Shown here piece after piece: positions 36,668-46,266 of a DNA stretch of 47,776 nucleotides (its first letter is position 1; each line of letters starts with the position of its first letter). Below the pieces are notes generated by a model that saw nothing but the letters and a program-made list of their open reading frames with translations, had not been told where the DNA came from and ran no database searches. Source of the stretch: Candidatus Undinarchaeales archaeon SRR5007147.bin71 (GTDB lineage Archaea; Undinarchaeota; Undinarchaeia; Undinarchaeales; Undinarchaeaceae); NCBI GenBank assembly GCA_014189675.1, contig DVAE01000001.1, positions 1 to 47,776 on the forward strand, read 5' to 3'. A program made the position numbers and the translations under genes.

Positions 36668-39075
36668 TATTCTATCCACACTCCTATTTTCTCGCCGACA
36701 ATTATAGATTCTCCTTTTCCTTTACCTGCTTCAACAGAATCTGCACGGGCTGCTCCTTTTAAATCCAAAAGAATGGGTTCCAAAAGCTTATTGTCGCAAT
36801 CAACTATGACTCTACTTATCTCCTTCCCTAAAGATAATCCTTTCCCCTGTTTATGCTGTCTTACAGCGGCAACTATGGAAATCAGCAAATCACCAGATGC
36901 TTCAGCTTCTTCATCTATTAGTGACTTGTCAAATTCAGGCCAGCTTTCAAGATGTATGCTTGGGCTCCCTCCCTTCTTGAAAAAGATTTGATACAATTCC
37001 TCTGTAATATGTGGCATGAAGGGAGCCATCATCTTTATACACTGAAGGGATGCCTCTCCAAGGGTGTATTGAGCCCCTGTACGCTCGTCTTTTCCGTATT
37101 TATCGGGATTATACAACCTATCCTTTGCAATTTCAAGGTAGTTGTCGCAAAAGGTGCCAAGATAGAAGGATTCTACCGCACTCTTTGCCTTTGAATACGC
37201 GTAGACATCAAAAGACTCTGTAGATTCCTTCACAAGTTTTGCAAGTTTAGAGAGGAGCCATTTATCAAGAACTCTAGTTCTTTTCCGTTCTTCATTATAA
37301 TCCTCAAGATGCATATTGGAGAATTTTGTAGCATTCCACATTTTGTTAATAAATTTAAGCCCTGTAACAAGGTCCTTCTCCTGGAAGGGCATATCATCCC
37401 CTAGTTTTGAGCCAGCGGCCCAGAAACGAATTGCATCTGCGCTATATTTTTCAATCATATCCTGCGGCCTGATGACATTCCCTCGAGACTTGCTCATTTT
37501 TCTTCCACGTGGGTCAAGCGCCCATCCAGATATTGTAACATCTTTCCAAGGAATACTATCTTCATGGAAATGGCTTTTCACAACAGTGTTAAACAACCAA
37601 AATGCAATAATATCATGAGCTTGTGGTCTCAAATCCATTGGGAAGAGCCTGTCTTTAAGTTTTGGATGAAGTCCAATCGCTATCTGTGGAGTCAGGGAAG
37701 AAGTAGCCCATGTGTCAAGAGTATCTTTTTCCGGAATGAATTTCTTACTTCCACATTTGCATGGTTTTTTAGGAGAATCCTTTAAAGGATCTATTGGTAG
37801 GTCTTTTTCACTAGGGAGTAAAACTTCCTCACATTCAGTGCAGTACCACACAGGGATTGGAATTCCAAAGTAACGTTGCCGTGAAATGCACCAGTCCCAT
37901 TGCAGACCCCCAACCCAATTATCATATCGGTTTTTCATAAACTCAGGAGTCCAGTTAAGCTCTTTGCCAAGCTCAATGAATTTGTCTTTTAAATGCAGAT
38001 ATTTTATGAACCACTGTACAGAATTTATTATTTCAATAGTGGTTCCACAGCGTTCATGGGTGTTTACTGCATGAGTAATTGCTTTCTGACTCCGTATGAG
38101 CTTAGAAGCCTTCAAGTCAGAAAGGATGGCCTTTCTGGCTTCATCTATTTTCATTCCGGCGTATTTTCCGGCAGATTCAGTCATTTTTCCGTCCTTTCCT
38201 ATAGATTCTATAAGTTCCAGATTGTGCGCAAGGTACCACTCTATGTCAGTAAGATCTCCAAATGTGCAGCACATTACAAGACCTGTCCCTTTCTCAAGTT
38301 CTACACGACTATCTTCACGGATTTCAACTTCCTGATTGAAGAGGGGGACTCTTACCTTCTTCCCAACAAGTTTCTTGGCTTTTTTGTCATCAGGATGAAT
38401 AAAAATAGAAACGCAGGAAGAAAGAAGCTCAGGTCTTGTTGTAGATATCACAATATCTGAACCATCTTCAAGCTTGAAGATAATATCACTAAATGTACTC
38501 TCAAAGTCTTTGTCGTCCATTTCGACCTGAGAAACCGCCATAGTACATTTAGGACACCAGGTTATTGGGGCCTCTTTTCTGTATTCATGACCTGCAAGAT
38601 ACAGGTCAATAAAAGACTTCTGTGATATTCTTCTGGAATGCTCATCAATCGTTGAATAGAACAATGACCAGTCACAGCTTATTCCAATTTTTTTCCAGTC
38701 CTGAATATATTTTGGTCTTAAATCTTCTAAAACATTCAGACACATTTTGATAAATTTCTCTCTCCCTATTTTTTCAGCCTTGACACCTTTTATTTTCTCT
38801 ACAAGAAGATTTGTTGCAATCCCATTATCGTCTGTTCCAAAGGGATAAAACAAATTATAGCCCCTCATTCTTTTATATCTGGCAATGAAGTCCATTTGAG
38901 AATAAGAAAATGTATGGCCAATATGCATTTCTCCTGAAACGGTTGGAGGAGGTGTATCTATAGAAAAGATTGGCTTTTTGCTCTTGGGGTTAAATTTGTA
39001 AATTTTTTCTGAATCCCAGAACTCCTGTAGCCTTTGTTCGGCTTCTTTTGGGTCGTATATTTTTTTCTCTGCCAT
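36667..39075 (-). CDS. valS: Valyl-tRNA synthetase
   Basis: PPPTVSGEMHIGH is the HIGH motif and RKMSKSRGN is the KMSKS motif. A CP1 editing region is present. 802 aa, consistent with archaeal ValRS. Confidence 0.88.
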   Translation of the reverse strand: MAEKKIYDPKEAEQRLQEFWDSEKIYKFNPKSKKPIFSIDTPPPTVSGEMHIGHTFSYSQMDFIARYKRMRGYNLFYPFGTDDNGIATNLLVEKIKGVKAEKIGREKFIKMCLNVLEDLRPKYIQDWKKIGISCDWSLFYSTIDEHSRRISQKSFIDLYLAGHEYRKEAPITWCPKCTMAVSQVEMDDKDFESTFSDIIFKLEDGSDIVISTTRPELLSSCVSIFIHPDDKKAKKLVGKKVRVPLFNQEVEIREDSRVELEKGTGLVMCCTFGDLTDIEWYLAHNLELIESIGKDGKMTESAGKYAGMKIDEARKAILSDLKASKLIRSQKAITHAVNTHERCGTTIEIINSVQWFIKYLHLKDKFIELGKELNWTPEFMKNRYDNWVGGLQWDWCISRQRYFGIPIPVWYCTECEEVLLPSEKDLPIDPLKDSPKKPCKCGSKKFIPEKDTLDTWATSSLTPQIAIGLHPKLKDRLFPMDLRPQAHDIIAFWLFNTVVKSHFHEDSIPWKDVTISGWALDPRGRKMSKSRGNVIRPQDMIEKYSADAIRFWAAGSKLGDDMPFQEKDLVTGLKFINKMWNATKFSNMHLEDYNEERKRTRVLDKWLLSKLAKLVKESTESFDVYAYSKAKSAVESFYLGTFCDNYLEIAKDRLYNPDKYGKDERTGAQYTLGEASLQCIKMMAPFMPHITEELYQIFFKKGGSPSIHLESWPEFDKSLIDEEAEASGDLLISIVAAVRQHKQGKGLSLGKEISRVIVDCDNKLLEPILLDLKGAARADSVEAGKGKGESIIVGEKIGVWIE

Positions 39076-39115
39076 TCTGAAACAAATAGATAAGATGATA
39101 TAAAAACTTAGCAGG

Positions 39116-39946
39116 TCAGACCCCAGTTATTCTTATTGGTTTTGGGCTTCCAAATGTCTTCAGAGTTGACTGGTCATGATCTTTCATTGATATGACCATA
39201 CCATCTTCGGCTGCTATGGTTCTTATACCAGTAGTGTCGTTAACTCTTTTCGCTTCTCCAATAGGACCGATTTTTAAAATTCTGAGGCCGAAATAACTCA
39301 TTATTGCAAGTTTCGGCTTAACAGCATCAACAAGCTTTATTATGTCGTCAGAGCAGAGATGATAAGGAATACGTTCATTTCCAGGGCGTGTTGCATTCAT
39401 AATCAAGACATCCGTCCCTTTAAATTGCTCTGAAAGTCCATCAAAATATGAAGTGTCAGAAGTGTAGGAAATTGTTCCGCATTTTGCCTTCATTTTAAAA
39501 CCAATTGTAGTAGAATCTTTATGCTCAGCTCCAGTAAAAAGAAAATCAACACCATTAACAACAGCAAGATCTTCCCTTGCCATATTTAGGCACTCAAAAA
39601 CCTGTCTTTTGTGGAAATCTGATACAATTGGTCCATTTTCCTCAACTTTCTCAAAAACAGATTTTGAACCAATTACAGATCCCCTCTTCTCTGTAAGCCC
39701 GCGAGTCATTGCTTCGATTGCAACATTTGTTTCAGTGGAATGATCAACATGAGCGTGACTTACAAATATTGCATCAACTTTTTGAGGATCTTGTCCATAT
39801 TGTTTTGACCTTGCAAGGTATCCAGGACCAGGATCAACTGCAAGATTCATCTCCTCAAGATTTAGCCTAAATCCTCCAGTTGCACGTTTCTGAGTTATGG
39901 TTGACCATCGTCCTCCACCAGTTCCAAGAAAAACAATCTCATTCAT
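39116..39946 (-). CDS. MBL-fold metallo-hydrolase
   Basis: IVFLGTGGG and IFVSHAHVDHS give the HxHxDH motif. 276 aa. Confidence 0.75.
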   Translation of the reverse strand: MNEIVFLGTGGGRWSTITQKRATGGFRLNLEEMNLAVDPGPGYLARSKQYGQDPQKVDAIFVSHAHVDHSTETNVAIEAMTRGLTEKRGSVIGSKSVFEKVEENGPIVSDFHKRQVFECLNMAREDLAVVNGVDFLFTGAEHKDSTTIGFKMKAKCGTISYTSDTSYFDGLSEQFKGTDVLIMNATRPGNERIPYHLCSDDIIKLVDAVKPKLAIMSYFGLRILKIGPIGEAKRVNDTTGIRTIAAEDGMVISMKDHDQSTLKTFGSPKPIRITGV

Positions 39947-39991
39947 GCAAAAACTTTGTAAAAGCGTCTTTATTAGAGTTTGTATAGAAGC

Positions 39992-40000
39992 TTTTATTTA
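39992..40000 (+). promoter_or_regulatory. TATA-box-like element upstream of tRNA-Ala
   Basis: TTTTATTTA is centred about 31 nt upstream of tRNA position 1. Confidence 0.35.
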
Positions 40001-40026
40001 TCATTGGCAAGATTTTGAGGTATTAT

Positions 40027-40100
40027 GGGCCCTTAGCTCAGATCGATAGAGTGCCGCTTTCGCATGGTGGAGGCCACGAGTTCAAATCTCGCAGGGTCCA
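40027..40100 (+). tRNA. tRNA-Ala (anticodon CGC)
   Basis: Hand-folded. Acceptor GGGCCCT/AGGGTCC includes the G3-U70 alanine identity pair. Anticodon loop TTCGCAT. T-loop TTCAAAT. Discriminator A. There is one A-C mismatch at 49-65. Confidence 0.85.
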
Positions 40101-40101
40101 C

Positions 40102-40878
40102 TTATATCTTTTCTAGAACAAGATTGTGCAATTTATCATTTGCACTCGCAAGAACATTTGTAGTATTCACTTGAAAATTTCTAAAATCAAAATCTTTGTT
40201 TTCAAAATCACTTACAGGGCAACCGGCCTGTCTGCATATGTATATGGCTGCAGAAACATCAATAAGTCTTGGAACTCCAGAGTGCATAAGAAAATCAAAG
40301 CTTCCGTCAGCAACTCTGCAAAATTCCAGAGCAAGAGAGCCATAAGTCCTGTAATTTTTTGTGGACATACAAATTTTTGAGACAGTGTCGCGTCCTTTTT
40401 TGGAAGAATCCGGAGATCTGTGCAATAGGGAAGACCTCAACTCAGTAGAACTATTCCCTTTTATTTTATTTCCATTTTTGAAGGCTCCTTTTTCAGATGC
40501 AAAATATGTATTGTCGCTAACGACATTGTGAACGTATCCTGCAATTGGCTTGAAGTTCAGGTCGAGAATTCCTAAAGATACTGAAAAGTAGCCAACTCCT
40601 TTCTTAAAATTGAAAGAACCATCAAGAGGGTCAACAACAGCATAATATTCTGGATTTTCTACTTCGAGAAGTCCCTGTTCTTCAGTAAGTATGGAAAATT
40701 TTCCGGCATTGTTAAAAGAATCTACAATAGCTTTTTCAGCTTCAATGTCAGCAAGCATTGTAATATCACCGCCTGCTCCAGCCATTACCTCCCGCTTTCC
40801 GTCTTCAGTAAGATAATATGATTTCAGAACACCAGAGGCTTTCTCTCCAATTTCAGTCAGTAGTTTTTCCCAGTTCAT
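40102..40878 (-). CDS. suhB: Inositol monophosphatase / fructose-1,6-bisphosphatase family protein
   Basis: ILTEEQG and VDPLDGSFNF are metal-binding motifs. 258 aa. Confidence 0.8.
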   Translation of the reverse strand: MNWEKLLTEIGEKASGVLKSYYLTEDGKREVMAGAGGDITMLADIEAEKAIVDSFNNAGKFSILTEEQGLLEVENPEYYAVVDPLDGSFNFKKGVGYFSVSLGILDLNFKPIAGYVHNVVSDNTYFASEKGAFKNGNKIKGNSSTELRSSLLHRSPDSSKKGRDTVSKICMSTKNYRTYGSLALEFCRVADGSFDFLMHSGVPRLIDVSAAIYICRQAGCPVSDFENKDFDFRNFQVNTTNVLASANDKLHNLVLEKI

Positions 40879-42527
40879 TTTTTATCTGTCTTCCGAGTAA
40901 GTTTTTTCCCCTCATATTCAATGTCTTCAAGAAGATCTCTTATATGGTTCTCCTTCCAACCATAAGATTTTAAATGCTCAGTTATGTAGTGTGTATCATG
41001 ACCTTGTTTTATGGCTACTTTAACATAATTTTTCATTTTAGTATGAGTTTTCTTCTTTAAGGACTTTCCAATCATTCTGAAAAAAACTTTACGATATTTC
41101 CTTGCTTCTTCATCATTAAGAATAACATATGTTATGTAAGAACCGAACAATATAAGGAGGGCCAAACCAAGAGTCCACGAAATACTTGGATACTCGTCAG
41201 AAAGAAGAAATTCATCAAATTCCCAGTCAGATTCATTGATAGTAGGAATATCTCCACTTATGGAGCTTGGCCGTTCTATATCAGATCTAAAATCAGGTGC
41301 AAAGATGGTAAGAGACCTTGTAGAAGGAGAGTATGTAGCTCCTTGCTCATTCGTGCACTTCACAGTCCAGGACAATAAACCAGGAGAAATCACTACATCA
41401 GAAAAGCGATTTGACTGATTTGTGAAAAAAATGCTTGATTTTTCTCTTGCAACCCCATTAATTAACAATGTGCATGCGTCCAATTCTCCAGCATATGACA
41501 AGTCATAGACAAATGTCACATTTGAGGTAATAAGCTCACTCATGTGAGCAGGAGACTTAAGACTCACAGAAAGGTGTGTAGTCAGTGGTATGAACTCTAC
41601 AGTCAAATTCATCGCCCCTTTTGATCTTGCACTGTAACCATTTGAATTTACGCAACGGACATACCAGGTCCAGTTTCCTCTTTTAAGGACTACATCAAAG
41701 GAATTATTGGCGTTTGCATCTACACTCGTTGATTGATTCTCGAATGTATCGTTAGTGAAAAGAGAGCAACCTACAACAGGACTTGAGCTGGAAACATAAT
41801 ATTTGAATGTGATATCATTTATCAAAAGTTTGGAATTATTTTCAGGAGAAAGTGCTGTCACATTTATTTGAGTCGGCTCAGATTCTGATTCGTGGCTCAA
41901 AATACCTGACCACTCTGTATAATTATTACGATCAGTACAGCTAGCATTCCAAAGCCAGTCTCCCTTTGCGAGATAAAATTGGAAGGATAGTTTAGAATTG
42001 TTCTGGACGTTTGTAGACTTAGATGTATATTCTCCGCTTCCGATGTCTATACTACACTCCCGGAGTCCGGAATGTAAATCATATGGTACGAAAGAGAATG
42101 TTGAAAGACCGCTACTGTTGTCACTTGTTTCGTTAAAGCTTCCCAGGACTGGCTTTGTTACATCCTCCTCTACAATAAGGGTACGAGGAGTACTTGAGTT
42201 TCTACGATTAGTGAATGTATCCATACATTCAACTTTCCAAGTATAAGTCCCGTTTGTAATATTGATATCTCTAAAGTAGTTGTCAGTATTGTTGTTTATA
42301 TTCTGATTTATTTTCGCTACGGAACTATTGAGCCACAGCTTGCACCATAATATTTCGGAGGCATCAATTGCTTTGAATGTGAAATTAACATACTCGAAAT
42401 AGGATTTATAACCCTGAACAGGGGAAGACACACTTATCTCTGGGCTATTGCTTTCAAGAGCATATGCAGAATTCACAAAGAGAAATAAAGCAAACAAACA
42501 CCCAAACATAAGTCCTGCCTTTTTCAT
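40875..42527 (-). CDS. Type I membrane surface protein with four ~90-aa Cys-pair beta-domain repeats and cytoplasmic helical tail
   Basis: The signal peptide is MKKAGLMFGCLFALFLFVNSAYA. A recurring motif appears four times: G(T/D/N/L)-x-x-W-x-(V/A)-x-C-x-(D/N) (GTYTWKVECMD, GDWLWNASCTD, GNWTWYVRCVN, GLLSWTVKCTN). There are many N-x-S/T sequons. A TM segment is followed by a basic tail. Confidence 0.55.
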   Translation of the reverse strand: MKKAGLMFGCLFALFLFVNSAYALESNSPEISVSSPVQGYKSYFEYVNFTFKAIDASEILWCKLWLNSSVAKINQNINNNTDNYFRDINITNGTYTWKVECMDTFTNRRNSSTPRTLIVEEDVTKPVLGSFNETSDNSSGLSTFSFVPYDLHSGLRECSIDIGSGEYTSKSTNVQNNSKLSFQFYLAKGDWLWNASCTDRNNYTEWSGILSHESESEPTQINVTALSPENNSKLLINDITFKYYVSSSSPVVGCSLFTNDTFENQSTSVDANANNSFDVVLKRGNWTWYVRCVNSNGYSARSKGAMNLTVEFIPLTTHLSVSLKSPAHMSELITSNVTFVYDLSYAGELDACTLLINGVAREKSSIFFTNQSNRFSDVVISPGLLSWTVKCTNEQGATYSPSTRSLTIFAPDFRSDIERPSSISGDIPTINESDWEFDEFLLSDEYPSISWTLGLALLILFGSYITYVILNDEEARKYRKVFFRMIGKSLKKKTHTKMKNYVKVAIKQGHDTHYITEHLKSYGWKENHIRDLLEDIEYEGKKLTRKTDKK

Positions 42528-42608
42528 AATGCGTTTAAAGCGACCGCCGTTAAAAGCATTTCTGTCCAATCAAAACTTTTAAATGCAGATGAATACACAA
42601 TATTGCTT

Positions 42609-43358
42609 ATGAATATAACAGCGAGAGGTAGTGCGTATTTCATATTGTTAGCTTTCTTTTTATTAAGTGCAGGAATGCTTGCCTCTGAATCTGAGCTGAC
42701 TGCGAAACTTACAGGAAAGGTGGTTGGAGCCCCTGACTGTATTTCTACCTTAAAAATGACACCCGGACATGCTGAGATTGTCCTTGCCCCAGGAAGTTCT
42801 GCGGAAACAACACTCACAATCAGTGATGTTCAGTGCGGAGCATCATATATACGGCTTGATGTAGAAGATCTTCCATCAGAATATTTTGAGTTTGCCCCAT
42901 CATACTTAAGAACATTGACACCAGGAGATACTGGAAGATTCATAATCTATCTTGACATACCACTTGATGCTGAATACAAGGCCTATACAGCAACATACAA
43001 GCTTTACACCAGTGAGGGACGATATGCAGGACCTGAACTCACTCTATCAATAGAGGATGTGGAAAAACCTCAGCTTAGAGCCAGAACAGAGTCTATTACA
43101 GAAGGAAGTCCTTCAGAGAAAGAGTCAATGGATAACAGTCAGTTTTGGTGGCTGATTATGCTAGGAGCTGTAGTCTTTGTGGCTGCAATATATGCATCAG
43201 AGTATTTTGAGAAGAAACTTCACGAAAACGAAGAAAAAAGAAAAAGACCATCACACGGGAAAACCACACTCAGATCCCTCGTAAAAAAGGACCGGAAAAA
43301 GGAAGAACTCAACATAAAAAGAGTCTCAAAAGCTCTGAAGAAAGGAAAGAAGAGATAA
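42609..43358 (+). CDS. Secreted, C-terminally membrane-anchored hypothetical protein with Lys-rich tail
   Basis: There is a signal/TM segment at the N-terminus, a beta-rich ectodomain of about 150 aa, a TM segment (FWWLIMLGAVVFVAAIYA), and a KR-rich tail. ATG at 42609 is preferred over TTG at 42603. Confidence 0.45.
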   Translation: MNITARGSAYFILLAFFLLSAGMLASESELTAKLTGKVVGAPDCISTLKMTPGHAEIVLAPGSSAETTLTISDVQCGASYIRLDVEDLPSEYFEFAPSYLRTLTPGDTGRFIIYLDIPLDAEYKAYTATYKLYTSEGRYAGPELTLSIEDVEKPQLRARTESITEGSPSEKESMDNSQFWWLIMLGAVVFVAAIYASEYFEKKLHENEEKRKRPSHGKTTLRSLVKKDRKKEELNIKRVSKALKKGKKR

Positions 43359-43402
43359 ACAAAAGCTTTTTAAGCAAGGTGAAAGAAAGAGGGTAATCTA
43401 TT

Positions 43403-43750
43403 ATGAAAGACAGCTTTGCTACAGCAATTATGGGCGAACTGGAGAGAGCAGGACGTGGAAAGGACGAGAAATTCCTGGGGAATATATCCCGACTAATGGG
43501 AAAACCGCGAAAAAATCTTGCCACTGTCAACCTTTCAAAACTTGACAGAATTACAAAAAAAGGGGAAGTTATTGTAGTCCCGGGGAAACTATTGGGAACA
43601 GGTTCACTAGATCACAAACTAGAGATATACTCATTTGGAGCATCCAAAGCGGCTGTGGTAGGTGTGGAAAAGTCAGGGGGAAGCATTTCCCCTATACTTG
43701 AAATTGCAAAGAAACATCCAAAAGGGACTGGAGTAAGGATAATAAAATGA
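43403..43750 (+). CDS. rpl18e: 50S ribosomal protein eL18
   Basis: KPRKNLATVNLSKLDRITKKGEVIVVPGKLLGTG is typical of L18e. It precedes uL13. Confidence 0.85.
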   Translation: MKDSFATAIMGELERAGRGKDEKFLGNISRLMGKPRKNLATVNLSKLDRITKKGEVIVVPGKLLGTGSLDHKLEIYSFGASKAAVVGVEKSGGSISPILEIAKKHPKGTGVRIIK

Positions 43751-44169
43751 CAATCATAGACGGAACAAATTTGAGACTTGGGCGTCTTGCAAGTAATGTT
43801 GCAAAACGAGCCCTAAGTGGAGAAGAAATTATAATATTAAATTCTGAAAAGTGTGTTATAACAGGAGAAAAAAAGAGTGTGATTAAAGATAAAAGGGTGA
43901 TGAGACAGATAGGAAGTAGATACAAAGGGCCCTTTCTGCCAAAAAGAGCAGACAGGATAGTCAAAAGAGCTATAAGAGGAATGCTGCCTTATAAAAAGAA
44001 AAGAGGGCGAGAAGCTATGGGAAGAATCAGGACCTATATTGGTATACCGGACGAATTTGCAGAACAGGTAAAGGACTTAGAGACTGTAGAAAACGCAGAA
44101 CTAGGAGCTGTAATGAAGAAAAACTACATAACGGTTGAAACTCTCTCTAAGGAGGCAGGATACACATAA
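43747..44169 (+). CDS. rpl13: 50S ribosomal protein uL13
   Basis: IIDGTNLRLGRLASNVAKRAL...GMLPYKKKRGREA. ATGA overlap with eL18. Confidence 0.9.
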   Translation: MTIIDGTNLRLGRLASNVAKRALSGEEIIILNSEKCVITGEKKSVIKDKRVMRQIGSRYKGPFLPKRADRIVKRAIRGMLPYKKKRGREAMGRIRTYIGIPDEFAEQVKDLETVENAELGAVMKKNYITVETLSKEAGYT

Positions 44170-44585
44170 TGGCAAAGAAAGCTGAGACAGGTGTAATAGC
44201 AACTGGAAAGAAAAAAACAGCAACAGCAAGAGCGAGTTTTAAAGAAGGAAGAGGGAATATAATAATAAATTCACAACCTCTTGAGCAGTGGGGATCTGAT
44301 TATGAGAGGGGAATGATAACAGAGCCACTTCAAATAGCTCAGAGCTACATTTCAAACTGTGATATAAGTATAAATGTTGCAGGAGGGGGCCGTGTGGGCC
44401 AGGCAGTGGCAACACGAACAGCTGTAGCAAGAGGAATTTATAAATGGTCAAAGAATAATGAAAAGTTAAGGCAAGCTTTTCTAGAGTATGATAACAAACT
44501 TCTAGCAGGAGACTCCAGACTAAAAGAAGCTTGCAAACCAGGTCGTTCAAAGGCTCGTGCAAGGAGGCAAAAGTCGTACAGGTGA
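44169..44585 (+). CDS. rps9: 30S ribosomal protein uS9
   Basis: [10 protein letters not shown]..., [18 protein letters not shown], and a C-terminus ending ARRQKSYR. Confidence 0.9.
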   Translation: MAKKAETGVIATGKKKTATARASFKEGRGNIIINSQPLEQWGSDYERGMITEPLQIAQSYISNCDISINVAGGGRVGQAVATRTAVARGIYKWSKNNEKLRQAFLEYDNKLLAGDSRLKEACKPGRSKARARRQKSYR

Positions 44586-44589
44586 TACT

Positions 44590-44784
44590 ATGATAATTCC
44601 AATTCGTTGTTTTACATGTGGAAAACCAATTGCCTCAGAGTATGAGGAATACAAAAAAAGAGTGGAAGCTGGAGAGAAAGCACAGGAAGTAATGGACTCC
44701 CTTAAGCTCAGCAGATACTGCTGCAGGAGAATGTTGGTTTCACAAGTTGACCTTATAGATGAAGTTGCTCAGTTCAAATACTGA
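44590..44784 (+). CDS. rpoN: DNA-directed RNA polymerase subunit N (Rpo10/RpoN)
   Basis: [15 protein letters not shown]...SRYCCRRM is the zinc-bundle signature. 64 aa. It follows uS9, the canonical position. Confidence 0.9.
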   Translation: MIIPIRCFTCGKPIASEYEEYKKRVEAGEKAQEVMDSLKLSRYCCRRMLVSQVDLIDEVAQFKY

Positions 44785-46230
44785 TTAATAACTTTTAGAA
44801 AAATAAGCTCTATGTTGAGACTTTTTACCACATAGAACACATTTGCCACTTCCTTTTCCTTTATTAAAAGGTATACAGCGTACTGTCGCGGTCGTCTCCT
44901 CCTGTATCTTTATCTCGCAGTCTTCAGAACCGCACCATTGTGCGATAATGAAACCTCTGGAACTGTCCATTACTTTTTTGAATTCAGTATAGGACTTTAC
45001 TTCATGTGTATTATTTTTGAGGAATTTCCGTGCTGAGGAAAGCATATCTTTCTGCATTTTTTCAAGCTCAGTAGTAACAAATGTCCTGAGTTCTGAAAGT
45101 TTTACAAATGATTTCGTACCTGTGTCCCGACGGACAACAACGGCTTGTTTCTTTTCGACATCTTTAGGACCAATCTCTATTCTGAGAGGGACACCTACAA
45201 GCTCCCATTCATTGAATTTCCAGCCTGCTGAATAATTCTCGCGGTCATCGAAATGAACTGCGATATCTTTTGAAAGCTTATCTACAATTTTTCTGGACGC
45301 AGCCAGCACCTTCTTTTTTGAATCCTCAAATAATATAGGAACCACCACAGCCTTTGTATCTGCAATTTTTGGAGGAAGAACCAGACCTTTATCATCTCCG
45401 TGCACCATAATGAGAGCTCCAATAAGCCGTGTACTGACCCCCCATGAAGTTTGCCAAGCGAACTTTTCTTTTTCATCTTTGTCTATAAATTTAATTCCGA
45501 ATGCCTTGGAGAAATTCTGGCCAAGATTGTGTGAAGTTCCCATTTGAAGGGCCTTTCCATCAGGCATAAGGGCTTCTATAGCCGTCGTTGTCAGTGCACC
45601 TGCAAACCTTTCACGGTCTGTCTTAAGCCCTTGAATAACAGGAATAGCGAGAAGAGTCTCACAGAGATCCTTATAGGTATCGAGCTGCTGCCTCACTTCG
45701 ATATCTGCCTCCTCTCTTGTTGCGTGAACAGTATGACCTTCCTGCCAGAGAAATTCTCTGGTCCTCAGAAATAGTTTTGTCATTTTTGTTTCGTATCTGA
45801 ATACAGAGCACCAGACATTGAGAAGAAGTGGAAGCTCGCGCCAGCTCTTAATCCATTTTGAATAGGAATCATACATTATTGTCTCTGAAGTCGGGCGAAG
45901 TGCTAGGCGCTCTTCAAGATCATTTTCGCCCTCCTGTGTTACCCAGAAAGCTTCTGGGGCAAAGCCTTCAATGTGCTGAGCCTCTTTAGTTAAAAAATTT
46001 TCAGGAATAAGAGCAGGGAAATATGAATTTCGGTGACCTGTTTCCTTAAAACGGGCATCAAGATAGGACTGAATTTTTTCCCAGATATTATAGCCATTTG
46101 GCCTTATTGCCATAAAGCCCTTGATTGCTGTGAAATCTGCCAGCTCTGCCTTCAGAACAAGTTGGTTGTACCACTCACCAAAGTCATCGTCCTTCTTGAC
46201 TGTTATTCCAGCTGTCTGATCTTCTGCCAT
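44785..46230 (-). CDS. proS: Prolyl-tRNA synthetase (archaeal/eukaryotic type)
   Basis: Class II motifs are present (FRYETKMTKLFLRTREFLWQEGH). There is an anticodon-binding domain and a C-terminal Zn domain that ends in ...YFSKSY. Confidence 0.93.
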   Translation of the reverse strand: MAEDQTAGITVKKDDDFGEWYNQLVLKAELADFTAIKGFMAIRPNGYNIWEKIQSYLDARFKETGHRNSYFPALIPENFLTKEAQHIEGFAPEAFWVTQEGENDLEERLALRPTSETIMYDSYSKWIKSWRELPLLLNVWCSVFRYETKMTKLFLRTREFLWQEGHTVHATREEADIEVRQQLDTYKDLCETLLAIPVIQGLKTDRERFAGALTTTAIEALMPDGKALQMGTSHNLGQNFSKAFGIKFIDKDEKEKFAWQTSWGVSTRLIGALIMVHGDDKGLVLPPKIADTKAVVVPILFEDSKKKVLAASRKIVDKLSKDIAVHFDDRENYSAGWKFNEWELVGVPLRIEIGPKDVEKKQAVVVRRDTGTKSFVKLSELRTFVTTELEKMQKDMLSSARKFLKNNTHEVKSYTEFKKVMDSSRGFIIAQWCGSEDCEIKIQEETTATVRCIPFNKGKGSGKCVLCGKKSQHRAYFSKSY

Positions 46231-46266
46231 GCTTTTCCTAAAGCCTTGTTCTTTAATAAGTTTAAT

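Noticed and set aside
39076-39115. AGATGATA ... TCAGA resembling C and D boxes of a C/D sRNA between valS and the MBL hydrolase gene.
   Set aside because: The C box is imperfect (no RUGAUGA) and there are no C'/D' boxes or terminal stem. On the minus strand the region reads as a TTTTTATAT promoter element about 25 nt upstream of the valS ATG.
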